Assembly: GCA_028023455.1 (NCBI GenBank)
Contig: JAQFVV010000007.1
Location: 9,052,001-9,116,000, forward strand
Direction of reading: 5' to 3'
DNA length: 64,000 nucleotides
DNA from: Epiperipatus broadwayi
Lineage: Eukaryota; Animalia; Onychophora
Below, piece after piece: positions 24,591 through 37,620 of the stretch; the stretch's first letter is position 1; every line of letters begins with the position of its first letter. The position numbers and the translations under genes are program-made. The notes below the pieces were generated by a model. The model worked only from the letters and a program-made list of their open reading frames with translations. It was not told the origin of the DNA and did no database searches.

Positions 24591-27500
24591 GTATGACTTC
24601 AAAATAAAATCTAAATATAACACGCTAAAATAGAATATAGCTTAAAAAAATAATTATAACATTTTCCAAATTTAAAAAATATTGCTTCCTAGAATCTTCA
24701 AAACCATTTTCCAAAGAGTTTATTTTTATTTATTTTGAATATAGCTTAATTTTACTACAAATGTTTCATGTGATCCACACTGGACTATCTAAAGAACTGC
24801 ATGTGGTTAATGAACTGTAATTTGGCCAGGGTGGGTCTAAAAGGTAGATGGATTCATTCTAATCTTTTTCATTCTTGAAGTATGAATGTTATTTATTTAT
24901 AAGTTGAAAGCACATTAGTTTATTGATGTTTGAATTTCATTTATGTTAAGGTAAAAGTAATTTGATATTAACATTGATTTTATATTAACATTACTATATA
25001 TATATATTTAAATGACTATTCACTCAGTATGTTATGTGTGATTCAAGCACCAATTGTCCTTAAGATGAGCTTTTATTTAAGAACCTTTAATATTCCATCA
25101 TTATTCAAACTCAACCTAACCCTTTTGGTGCTAAATGTCAAAAGATCCCTGTGCAACTACCATTCACTTTTTTTATAAGTAAGTCTTTGGATAAGAACAT
25201 TTCTCTAGTCTAATACTGAGTAATCATTAATTGAAGAGACGTGACTTTTTTTAACTCAAAGGATTTTGAGTTGTAGTTGGTTACAGAGTTATGTTGCTAG
25301 CACTTGTTTCTTTTCATTCTCTTATGACTATCTATAGCCCTATTTTTCTAGATATAACTTCATTTAATGAGAAAAACTGTAAATATTGGCTTATTAGTTT
25401 TAAAAAGATATTATTAAAAAGGAAATATTTCCATGGTTACATTTAGATTTTATTTGAATATGTTTTACATAGAAAAATACAAATTTAAAAAATTTCTGTA
25501 ATAGTAAAAATAAAATTATAATCAAAACATTCTACCAAATACCATACTAAAAAACCTTTGTAATATTTTAATAATTGTAAATTCAATTTTTAATTTTAGG
25601 ACAAAATTTTACATTTTTATGCTGACTTAACAATAATTTATTGGGTTTTGGAAATGAATTCAATAAACCAAAATATCATTAATTTATCTTTTTTATCAAT
25701 AAAAAGTTATTGACATTATGTATCTTTTTTTTTCTATATTTGCAAAGTTTAAGTATGATTTTTTAGCTTGTTTTTTATCTGGAATCTTATATTTCTAATA
25801 AATCAAGCATTGATTTGTAAAATAAATTAGTGATTTGATTACTAAAATAAAAATATAAATTATAACTTAAACTGCCATTAGATGATCGTGCAATAAACAT
25901 TGTAATATGAAAGGGTTAATCATATGTCATGTGAGTTGGAAAAGTGATGATTAAAAAAAAGATTTTTTGTTTAGGAGTAAATAAAAAAATGTGATAAGTA
26001 AAATAAGAAACTGCCCTGTGGTATTTTGAATTTTTAAAACACAAAGAAAAGGCATTAAGCTTTATTCAAGCTTTCCATATTTATAAACTGAACTTCAATG
26101 ATAGAATTTTAAATCTTTTAATAACTAATTGCTATGATGATCAATATTTTTTCCTCCATTTAAGAATGAATAAATGTTAAAATTCAGAATTTTTAATAAC
26201 CAAAATGTTACCATTGCTTTTTTTTTTTAAAAAAAAATATTTTTTTATGAAATTAATATTACATTATTCAGGATTTTTACTAAATCAATTCATTTCATAT
26301 GAAAAAAACATTAAAAAATGCATTCAAATTTGCTTTTAGAAAAATATCTTCATATATGTATGTGTGTGTGGAAAATAGGGTAGCCTTTAAATAATTGTCT
26401 TCTTCCAAGAAAAAACCTCTTGAAAACTCCCCAGATAAAAACAGTAAATGAGAAAGTATTAGTTACTTTCTAATTGTTGACCAATGAAGTTCTACCAGTT
26501 TACATCTTTGTTTTAACTTTCTGAATTTAATCACTGAATCATTTAATGCAGGTTTTGGGTTGCCACATTAGGATCTAGAGTGGCCCAGATGCAGCTATTA
26601 TTAAGCATTCATTTGTCCGTTTCCCATTTATTTGATAGCAAAAACTCAAGCTAAAATTTATATTGAATGATATTAGTTCTAATTAAAATAGACAGATGTC
26701 AGTATCATTCAGATAAGGAACAAACTAAGTGGTGGGTGGGGGAGAAGGGTTTGAAGTCAGCAAATGGTTTAACATCATACTCAAAAGCAATCCTTACACT
26801 GGCATAACTTCAAGATTTTGTTAAAATCTTGAAAATCGCAAGTTTATTCATAATTGTGTTTATTTATGTAAACTTAAATAAAATATGTCTTTTGGTAAGT
26901 ATATATTGTTCATAATGGATTTTTATTTGAACAAATTTAGTTTTTATCAAATAATAAGCCAAGGAAAGTGTAATAAAAATAAATAAATAAAAAATTAAAT
27001 ATCTACTAAAAAGTTTGTAACTGTCATAGTTAGAAATTATAATTTTAGTGAATAATTGAATGGCTAGCAAGATTGGGTATAGATTAACTACCTAAAAGAA
27101 TAATTTCAAATTTGAAACTGGAAACAATTTTCAAGTTTTAACCAACCTATATTCAAATGCCAGTACATCATAGCAATTCAAAAAGCTGATTAACATGTTA
27201 AGAAGCTCTTCTATAATTGCAACCTCCATGACAGAGTTTACATGCATGGCTTTTTGGTAAATGTATATGCATTTTTATGTCTTCTAACATGTATAAAAAT
27301 CATGTGTAAGATAATTATTTAAAATAATAATAATAATTGTAAAAATGTATTATGTACTAAAATTCTTTATTGTAAAATAAAGTTAGCTATTAATAATACC
27401 AAGTTGCTATGGAAAACAATTGGCAATGAAAAAGAAACTCTAATCGTCTGCTTTTAAACAAAAGAGAGGGAATCACTACTTTCTTCATTGTGTTACTTAC

Positions 27501-27627
27501 TAGAAAAAAAGTCAAGAAAATTGCAATGATTATTTAAATAGATATAGCAGTCCTGAGATATAGTTTCAGGAGTAATGACATCAGAGTGTTTCACCTGAAA
27601 TTTCCAATAATGTAGCTTATTATGGAT
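27501..27627 (-). CDS. Candidate 127-nt coding exon, gene unknown
   Basis: Strong acceptor TTTTTTATTTACAG and donor CTA|GTAAGT; only one frame open: IHNKLHYWKFQVKHSDVITPETISQDCYIYLNNHCNFLDFFS. Confidence 0.35.
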
Positions 27628-29088
27628 CTGTAAATAAAAAATGCCATAAAAATTAACTTCAATTCTATCTGTTTATTAATTGCTTTTGAACACTGAAAAT
27701 ATGTGGTATTTAATATAAGAAAAATGTATCCTCTAATTAATTCTCTAATAGAAATAAATATTCTTCTACGAGTAAATTTATAAATTTGCATAATTTTGAC
27801 ATCCTCAATCATAGAAAGAAACTTCATGGGAATCAACTACAATTGAAACAAACCATGAGAAATTAAGATATTAATTAACCATTGCTTGCAGACATTGAAA
27901 ATATGAGAATTATTATGGCCATATGTCTACATTCAAAAATTAAAAAAAAATGAGCTCACTGAAATATAAATAGGTAACTGCATAACCTTATAAACTTTTT
28001 TTTTAAAGATATTCCTATCACGCATGCGCTCCAGATAAATACATAAATGTAAATATGTAAACACAATTTGTTATATTATTTTCATTATATCTGTTAATTA
28101 GAAGTATAATTATTGTTTATAATTTTTGTTGCTTGTTTATTTCTTATCTGAATACTAAATATATTACTTTACTTTATCTTTTAATAATATTATTAATGTC
28201 GAGAGATGACAGTCAGAAAACAAGATTGGATTCGCATAAAGACTTGGCCTTCATGTGCGTCCAGTTTGACCGTTATCCGTGACTATTGTAAATTAGTTCA
28301 TTTAAAATAAAAATTGTATAGTTACTTCATCATATATGTGGTCATCTATTAAATATAAATTCTCTAGAATAATTTGATTCGCGAATATTATATGTTTATT
28401 ATTATACAGTATATCCATTACCATTTAGTATTTGTTAAAAAGGGTAATTACCATTATAATATATATGTGCAGACACGGATAGTATTAACATTTTCTTACA
28501 TTTTAAAAAATAATATTTTGAAATCTTTATTTTTTTTATTTTATTATTTCACTGCCTTACTTTTATGAAATGCTAAAATAAAAAATTGAAAAAATGCTAA
28601 CTAATATGAGATTGCAGATAAAAATATTAAAACATGCAAAATATGTTTACTTATTTAATTTCACTTGTAGGTGTAGATTTAAAAAATGATCGAAGGCATA
28701 GATATGCAATAACTACAAATGTTAGGACAGTAAACTATCAACATGAAGAATACTAATTGTGAGCTATTCCATAAACTTTCTTCAAAGATGTTATCAGTAC
28801 AAAAAGTACGAGAGACAGTAATCAATCATTCTTCAAGTGAAGCAGTGAACAGAATTTAAAATAGTCCCATTATTATCATAATTAATAATATTAATAACCT
28901 CTTGTTTCTTTAAAAATATGACTCCAAATAATCATTCAGATGTGAAAAATATTCAACAAAAATCCTTTTTCTTTTTAAAAACTTTTATTTCCATGAATCG
29001 TATACATCACTACTTGAACGTTTACACGGAAATATATTAGATTGTTAGAAAATAAGAGGGGGGGGGGAATAATTATATAAACATATGT

Positions 29089-29251
29089 AATATTTAAATA
29101 CATATATATATATTTAAGTTAGATGTAATTAGAGGGAACCTGAACCCAGACATTCCAGCTTTCTTTAGTCACCCAATCCATCTTATACAATCGCTTGTAT
29201 AAGATGGAGTGGATGACTAAAGGAAGCTTGAAAGTCTGGGTTGAAACTCCC
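29089..29251. mobile_element. Fold-back of family B-related B-box segment (arms ~29133-29187 / 29192-29251)
   Basis: ..CCATCTTATACAA-TCGC-TTGTATAAGATGG.. hairpin; possible 13-bp TSD TATAAACATATGT at 29076-29088 and 29252-29264. Confidence 0.7.
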
Positions 29252-29321
29252 TATAAACATATGTTGTGTAGATGTTAAAGAGATATTATTATAAAAAGAT
29301 ATATATAGTAATGGTAACATA

Positions 29322-30192
29322 TGAAGGAGTATCCAAAAGCAATGGGAATTGTATAATAAAAAATTGTTTATTTATTTTTTAAGTATTATAAATCTAATAT
29401 TTTTCAAATTACTATTCATTTGATGCAACACACTGGGCTAACTGTGTTTTTTCTTTTTCAAAGTAGTCCAGAAACACTTGCAAAGTGATACATTTTAATG
29501 GCTGTGGTTTCTAAGTCCACAAAAGAAAAAAATTGAGGCATTTTTTTATTCAAGAGAATAAAAAAAAATGTGCATAAAGTGAGATCAACTGAATATGGCT
29601 GATAGAGAAGCTGGGTTATGCTGAATTTAATTAAAAACTGTTTCACACTCTTAAGACTTTGAGAGATGACACCTTGGTGAAGCTTGCACTCCTCTCTTTG
29701 CCACAAAATGGGACTTTTACATTTTTCCACATTGCATAAATGTTTCAGAACTTGCAGATAAAATCCCTAACCATTATAAACTAAATCTGAGAAAAAAATA
29801 TCATTTGCATAAAAAAATCAGCATTGGTTTTGACTTTGGACTTCACTTGCCACACTTTTTAAAGATATGGTGAATTTAACATTTCAATACATCACTCATA
29901 AAAATGTGTTTTTATGAGCTCAGCATGCTTGTAATCTGTTTCAAGCATTACAATTGTTTTCCCTGCTGTTTTTGGTTATCAAAAACAGAAGTTCACATTG
30001 TCTGATCTTTTCAGTCATTATAAAAATTGCCAAATAAATGAAATCCACTATGTGGCACCATGATTTGACACAGTGATGTCATTTGGGAGATTGATATAGA
30101 AGAGTTCTTTCAAGAAGCATGTAACAGCAGAAGCATATACAATAACAGGCAAAACCAGAGAATAATTTTGGTTATTTTTCTTCACCTCCTTG
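29322..30192 (-). mobile_element. Mariner transposon remnant, internally deleted
   Basis: QVKSKVKT and QFLIKFSITQLLYQPYSVDLTLCTFFF (YSPDLAPCDF motif); TA-flanked degenerate TIR TA|TGAAGGAGTATCCAAAAG with a weaker inverted counterpart ending near 30192. Confidence 0.75.
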
Positions 30193-31146
30193 TATAGATT
30201 TGTAGATCCTTCCCAATGATTACAAGGAAGTAGTGGAAATGTTGGAATATTTGTATTGAATTAGTGAGATATGTGGATTCGTGGAAACAAAAGTTTTTAA
30301 AAGGAAAATATTTTTATTGAATAGTTTTCATATTTGAGTGACTTCCCAGAATGTGCTTGAAGCTATATATATATATATATCCTTTACTAGTAGATATGGC
30401 AACAATTTGATTCTTCCCATCCCTTTAAAAAATTTAATAATTTTTGATGTATTTTGAGTGAATACAATATTTTTCAATCTTTTAACTATTCAAATGTTTC
30501 ATTCGATGGCCTTTTATTTAAATTTCCAATGTTATGATCATAACATTAACTTCTAAATTGCAAGATTTCATGTGTTAATTTGTCAAAAAGGAAACAATGG
30601 ATTTAAATGTGAAGTGAGTAACATCTTCATGCTCTCAAATCAAGATGCTTCAGATTGGCTTATATAAACATGAGTGTATGTTGAAAATAAGACAGGTTCT
30701 TATCTTTATAAAGTCTCTATCTTGTGATGAGGTTTGAGAGTTCCCTCTATAATCAAAATATTACATCATTTGTCTATTATATATGTTTAGAGCCTGTAAA
30801 AAATGTTAAAGCATTTTCTTTTTATAATTGTATTCTGCCTGTGTGTTCAATAAAATTAGAAAAATGGTAAAATCTTCGTTCTTTCACAATTCCTGATAAA
30901 ACATATTTAGTGAACAAAATTGGGTTTCTTTTAACTCTATCTCCATTGCTGATCAAATTATTATGTGGATTACATAAAGCAATGAAATCCTGCTTAAAAT
31001 TTTCAAATTCCACTTATAATCATTTATAAAATTAAAAAACTTTTCTTAGACAAATGTAAATTATAAATACATGTGCTGGCACACACTCATAAGAAAAGCT
31101 ATAATTGTATGAAAATTATTATTGAATCTATGTTTTCAAGGACATT

Positions 31147-31476
31147 AAATGTCCTCATAGTCATACCCTTGAAATATGCATAATTGTATGAGTATGTATG
31201 TATAGATAATAGATTATTCAAAATGCATGCAAATCAGATTGACCATTTCTTAGAAAGGGGGAAGCAGGATTCCTTCCTAGTTATGTATCTAAGTGGAAGC
31301 TCAAAGAAGCACGGCATATAGCTAACAACCCTAATGCCATAAATAGAAAGGAATCTTGCTTCCCCATTTCTAAGAAATAGTCAATCTGATTTGCATGCAT
31401 TTTGAATAATCTATTATCTATACATACATACCTATACAATTATGCATATTTCAAGGGTATGACTATGAGGACATTT
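31147..31476. mobile_element. MITE-like / fold-back element with ~133-bp near-perfect inverted arms and ~65-bp spacer
   Basis: AAATGTCCTCATAGTCATACCCTTGAAATATGC...GCAGGATTCCTT is inverted at ~31345-31476. Confidence 0.88.
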
Positions 31477-33425
31477 TCATTGATATATTTTATTAGATTC
31501 CATATTCATTGCTCTATCTTTATTTTTTTATCTTAAAAATGCAAACTTCATTATTCGATAAATATAACGTAATCATTTCAATTTATTTATTTTATTGTTT
31601 ATTAAATCATTTTGTTTAAGGACTGTTCACGAATAAATTACACTTAAATTAGACTAATAAATTACATGTGATTTTTTAAACATTTTCTATTTTTATTATT
31701 AAATTACAGTTATGTGTTTAGGTGTTCGTTTTTGTTTTTGAAAATATTATGAATATGTAAAATGAATATGTAAAACCTGGGTTCAAATACCCAGGTTTAC
31801 GGAATAATAAAGTATATCTATATAATTTTTAACAGCATTTTCTAAATTTTAATAATGGATAGGAATTTTCTATTGTATAATGGCTTAATATCATGCCTAT
31901 ATGTAATACACATTTAATCACGCCCATTTTTACGTGTATTTATATTTAAAATCATACAAAGAATTATATAACTGAAGACATAATTCCTCTTCGCTATTTT
32001 CATCTTTAAAAGGAGTTAAATTTTAAAAAATTAACATGTCAAAACAGATGTTAGAAAGTTATTAAAAATTAAATACATATTTCATCAAATAAAAACTAAA
32101 ATCAATAATCTTGACAATGTACAAAAACGACGTATTGATGAACAATTAAAGATTGTTCTACATTCTTTAAAAAACCCTTAACAAATGAATATATTTCAAT
32201 AAACGCTAAGTAAAAAGTGAATAATAAAGTCTGGGTTTGTATAACTTTTTGAAAAAGTGTTATCAATACCAACAATATTTTAAATAAAAATGAAGAAATC
32301 ATTTTATTTATTTACAATAAATATATAAAGAATCAATATTATTTATAAACGAAAAGTAAATCAATTCATTACCTATAGAAATAAGACAATCTAATAATAA
32401 ATAGATTAAGTAGATATCCATTTACTAGTCAATAGATGGAGGGTTTATTAGGTTGGCTACATGCTGACTACATAAAAATTCTAAACGTGTGAATAATCCA
32501 AAAAAAATTCTAAGCTTATTCAGTGCCAAACAGATTATAGAACTGGTAAGTATACATTCTAAATGCTATACCATGAGTTTGTAAGCAAGATATTCTATAA
32601 TATTCATTAAAAATGAATAAACTTAAGCACACATCACTTTAAGAATTTATAGATGGGAAGAAAAATCTTTTTCATTAGCATAGGTATCAAATTGAAAATA
32701 TGGACCAGTTTAAATAAATGGCATATTTTGATTATATGGCACAGTCAGATTCTAATGTGCTTCTGGAACAATTAATAAAATAAAAGGGTATTTCACCTTA
32801 GTGATAAAAATTAATTTTATATAAAACCATTATTTTGCCAAAGTTAATGGTAAATGTCAGACACAGAACATTTAATAATGTATCATAATGGCATTGAAAA
32901 ATTTTCAATTAAAAACATTTTGTAATATTGTAAAAAATATGAGATCACATGACCAAACATTACCTCAGTTCATGGTTATGATTGTGTTGGATGCACTCTT
33001 ATAGGTGCACTGTAAATGGATCAGACATGTGACACATAAATAAATAGTAACACACTTCCTGAAACACTTTATGGTAAACACAAATATGTTCATAATGGCA
33101 AAAGGTGTATTCTGTTAGCATTATAAATGTTATATCAAAGATATTTTTAAAAAATACAATATTGACTGCTTTTGATGTAGCAATGTGGCTAAGAAATAAA
33201 AAAAACCTATAATTGTATGTGACATTAAAGAGTCTCAGCAAAAAAGATTATAGCAGAAAAAGTTTTCAAAATGTATTTCAAAAAATTAAATAAAAAGACT
33301 TAAAAATTTAGTATATGATACACATACATTTGACAAGATGATTGGTACAGTTATTGCAAAATTCATCTATAAGTTTTTGCTCTGCATTGCCTTACTACTT
33401 TTTTTCAGCATCAGATAGAACATAC

Positions 33426-33507
33426 TCATTTGTGAATATCTACCAATGAGAATGAGTCTTTTGCTTTGATTCTGGACTATATCTGTTTTGCAAACAACGG
33501 GTTCAAA
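33426..33507 (-). CDS. Candidate 82-nt coding exon, gene unknown
   Basis: Acceptor TTTACCTACAG, donor GA|GTATGT, only one frame open: FEPVVCKTDIVQNQSKRLILIGRYSQM. Confidence 0.25.
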
Positions 33508-33649
33508 CTGTAGGTAAATTTACTTGGTATTAAGTTTATTTTTAATGAGAATTAATTTAAATTTTAGTTTTCAATTGTGTAATCTAAAAATAAGTATATT
33601 TTTTTAACAATCATTCCACATTATAACAGCAGTTTTTACATTTTATTTG

Positions 33650-34470
33650 ACCACTAAACCATCACATGATTACCATCTTATGCTTAAACAAGCTATTAAA
33701 TAAGTAGCAATTCTCTCTATACAGTAGTGCCACCTAGTGCAAGCCATAGTAATCAATAGATACTAGAAGGGTTATGCATCAAATCCCTCTTCATTATGTA
33801 CTTATCCAATATTCTGATTACTTTCTAGCTTCTGGCCTTCATCGGTAAGAAGCCTCAGATTTGAGAGCAATGCACCTATATCTTTGGATCTAATGCAACC
33901 CTATAGCAGCCATCTTTTACCTTTATAGTTAACTATAAATCTAGGAGTCCAAAATAAAAACACTAAAGTTTTCAATTGAAGCTCATTTTCTTGCAGAGTC
34001 ATACAGATCAGAACTCAGTTCAGTATCTATACATTTTGGTTTCTTTGATTTTCTAATAACTAGAGCCATCACCATCCTTTGCCAGGAATAGAATTAAATC
34101 ACTACAATATCATATGATTACCATTTCTTATGCTTACATAAGCTATTAAAATGGTAACAACTCTTTCTATCCAGTAGTTCCACCCAATATATGCCATAGT
34201 AATCAATGGATTCTATAAGATTTGTACATCAAAATCCCTATCTAGTTAAGTAACATAGTAAAAGGTGGCTTCTAGAGGTTGCATTAGATCCAAAAATGTA
34301 GATGCAGTACTCTCAGATCCAAGACTCTTCACTGATGAAGGTCACAAGCTAGAAACTAGTTTGGGGATATTGGATGAGTAGACACTATATACAAACGTTC
34401 TACCATCCATTGATTACTATGGCTTGCACTGGGTCGCACTACTATATGGAGAGTTGCTATATTTTAATTG
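33650..34470. mobile_element. Cluster of family A copies: ~33650-34085 minus (near full), ~34105-34245 minus (3' part), ~34260-34470 plus
   Basis: Mutual homology; HHR motifs at 33812-33850 (-) and 34326-34367 (+, core intact). Confidence 0.8.
34326..34367 (+). ncRNA. Minimal type-I hammerhead ribozyme (family A copy with intact core)
   Basis: TCTTCA-CTGATGA-A-GGT cacaa GCT-A-GAAA-CTAG-TT-TGGGGA; stem III palindrome ACTAGT; other copies give GUC at the cleavage site and AGC/GCT for stem II. Confidence 0.7.
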
Positions 34471-34512
34471 TTATGATAAAAGATGTGTTCTTATTTATTT
34501 TGAAAGTGTCAA

Positions 34513-34584
34513 GCGTTGGTGGCCTAACAGTCAGTATAGTTGTCTTCCAAGTAGCTGGCCAGGGTTCACTTCCTAGTCAACACA
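34513..34584 (+). pseudogene. tRNA-Gly(TCC) pseudogene
   Basis: 72 nt collinear with eukaryotic tRNA-Gly-TCC (GCGTTGGTGG...CTTCCAAG...GGGTTC...CAAC.CA); D-, T- and acceptor-stem mismatches, several of CpG-decay type. Confidence 0.8.
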
Positions 34585-36868
34585 TTTGACATATGAAAAA
34601 AATAATCGTAATAATTTCACATACACTTTGATTTATTTCAAGATTTTTATTAATAAATAAAAAATATATTTAATTTTTATAAATACTATTCTTTCTTTTT
34701 TATGAATTTAAAAACTTACATGGTGATAATGAAAAAAATTAATACATTTCCGATAGCTTAGATATAAGTTGTTGTTTTTCATAAAATATTTCTAAAATAA
34801 AAAAAATGTCAAAATAATCATTATTTTTAATAATTGTATATATATTTAATACACTACTTATGATAGAAAAAAAATTATTTTATTAAAAATATGATTATCA
34901 TGAATGTTTCATGTATATATAACATACACATAATGGCATTCCATAAATGTTTCTCACTGCATCCAGCTATAATAAAAATATGGTTAATTGGTTAAGTAAA
35001 TCATTTGGCATTTGAACTTCCAAACTAACTATATAAGAAGTTCTCAGACTAAACTTTAGAAATTCAATTAAATATTATCATAAGTAATATTTATACTGAC
35101 ACATTTAAGTTGTAGTAGTTTCCTGTCGATTGATATATTTCTCCAGTAGATATTACATAAAAAGGTTCTCACCCAAAATGTATACATAGCGATTAAGCAA
35201 ATCCAAATTTAACAATTAATCAAGATATATTTTCATAATGTAAATAAGACTCACCCCAAATCAAGATCCAATTTTTTGATGAATTAAGACATAAAAAATG
35301 AAATTTTTATAAAAAAATTTCAAACAAATTTATTTTCCAGATCCAACAGTAAAGCTAACTTGACTAGATATCTTTCTTGACCAATAGAACTTTCTCAATT
35401 AATGCAGGACAATCCATGATATCGCATGCATCCACTTCATAAAGGGAATTTAGGAACCACTGATCTAAAAAGAGACCACATGTGTGTGAGATGAATGGAT
35501 GAAATAATAAAGAATATAGGGGGGGGGGGCTAGAAATTGAAGATGGGTTGAATTTGGAGTGACTTTCATCCTGCAGTGGATTTATAATGGGTAAAAATAA
35601 TTATGATAATGATTTATATAGTTGTGTAGAAACACAAATGAAGAACCACAATTAATAACTGTCGAATCTATATCTAATGCGTCGGGATTGAAGGATTTAA
35701 TAGCACTATTAGTGATTCTATCTTCTGGTTCGAATCTCTCTAAGTTCCTTTATGATATCTATAAGCTAAATAAATAAAAGTATAAAAGTATTATTAATTC
35801 GATAACAAGGAGTTATACGTCATGAGTTCAGTCAAAAGAAGATCATGCTATTTTTTTCTTATAAACATATAAACACATACAGACTACAATAGGATTTAAA
35901 AAATCTTTTTTTTTTTTTCAAAAAATAATTATATTTTTCCTAAAAGAAAATGAAAAACAAGCCACAGTGATTTATTTATATGCTATAATTTCATTAGAAT
36001 TAAATCCTATGATAATCTTTCGTCATTTTTTTTAAGAAGACATTTGTACCAATATTGATTGATCAGTTGTGGAGTTCAAAGCAAAGACTTAGAAAATCTG
36101 AATGTTGTAGGCCAATCTTCTTCCCCAGGTAATGATTACGAAAAATAAGTCTTCACGCTCTACTAAACACCATTCTTGATGGAAGCAGAGGTCACTCCAC
36201 AATCAGAAGAAAAAACTTTTCCACGGACACTATAATTTACGATCAACAGATAAAAAAAAAAGAGGGGGGGGGTTGCTTCTAAACGAACATACCATAGTCA
36301 ACCTAATTCCAATTTTTATAATTATGTTTTTAAATAGTTAATATTTAGAATAAAATTAAAAGTAAACAGTAAAAGCACTTATATGTAATGCTTAATCAAT
36401 ATTTTCACTCAAAATCAACTAACTTTCAAGTTGCAAAAACCAAGTTTAAACTACCCTAAATTTAGTCTTTAGTTACGCCAGTGGAACCATCAATTACTAA
36501 TGGATTAGGTTAATGAAAGTGTCACAGAAGCCATTATTTTGGCGATAATGATTCACAGGTAATTTTCTATCATTTTCTCACACCGTAGCGATGAATTGTC
36601 CATAAAATTGTTAACGCTAATCAAATGGAGTACACTTTGGAGGGAAAAATCTATTAAGTTAATAGTGACAAAAAAAAATGTATGAAAACCATTAAAACAA
36701 CTTTTTATTTAACAAAGTATATATATTGCATATGTTTTTATTAAAACCTATTAAAGTGATTAAGCAGTTTATATTGAAATAAATAACAATATTGCAATTC
36801 TTTACCACATATATATATATGTGTGTCAACACGTCATCAGAACCGCCCATAATTAAAGAAACCAATAG

Positions 36869-37124
36869 AATATCAGCAAACTGTTGTCAAGACAACACAC
36901 CAATTAGATACTGATTCAATAATAGTTTTCCATTTATTGCTTAATTATAAAGCGAAAAGGCTTTAACTTTATTCACAGGCGATTTAAATGTTTATAATAG
37001 GCAAACGATATGGAAAAAGTTAAGCCTTTTCTCTTTATAATTACATATAGCCTGTGCATTAGATAAATAATTAGAACATTAGTGCTTAATTGTAAGATTG
37101 TCTTGACAACATATTACTGATATT
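36869..37124. mobile_element. MITE-like nested inverted repeat
   Basis: Outer TGTTGTCAAGACAA (36882-36895) / TTGTCTTGACAACA (37098-37111); inner AATTATAAAGCGAAAAGGCTTTAACTTT is inverted ~70 bp downstream. Confidence 0.6.
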
Positions 37125-37229
37125 TTATTATATGTAAATTACATCAATAGTTCTCCTACTTTAAGAATAATCATTTCTAGTTGTTTGTACTTCTGGTGTA
37201 ATATACATCATTAATAATCTAATAGAAAA

Positions 37230-37620
37230 AGCTAAGTCCTACACATCAACCCACAATAGTCACCAAAACTTTGAATTGTTTTACTAACCATCATCTTTTT
37301 TTCCTCAACTGTTCTTATTTTCCACTCATCCTTTCTCCATATCCTTCATATTTCATCTCTTTATAAAGTAATGTTATATAACCATTTCAATTTCTTTCAT
37401 TTTATAATTTCCTGTGTAAATATTTAATGTTCACTTTAAATCTTATCTTTAAAAGTAATTTTTTCATTCTTTTCCAAATACACAACTCACAAAGGCTTCA
37501 ATATTTCCGTATACTTTCCTTCTAATCACCCAAGTCTCAGTTTATGATCATGATCCACAAAAATCATTTAAGAATTTCTTTTTATTTCCAGTGTCAACAA
37601 AGCTCCAAATAATTTGCTAT
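37230..37620 (-). mobile_element. RTE-clade LINE 3' fragment, highly decayed
   Basis: Minus-strand ETWVIRRKVYGNIEAF segment matches the RTE YG.ETW.+....+EAFE region. Confidence 0.55.

Noticed and set aside
32030-32550. Protein-like broken frames and a strong donor at 32546
   Set aside because: There are in-frame stops in every frame and no identifiable homology.
35700-35740. GGTTCGAATC B-box with upstream A-like motif
   Set aside because: The spacing is too short and there is no cloverleaf, so it is not a tRNA; at most a SINE scrap.
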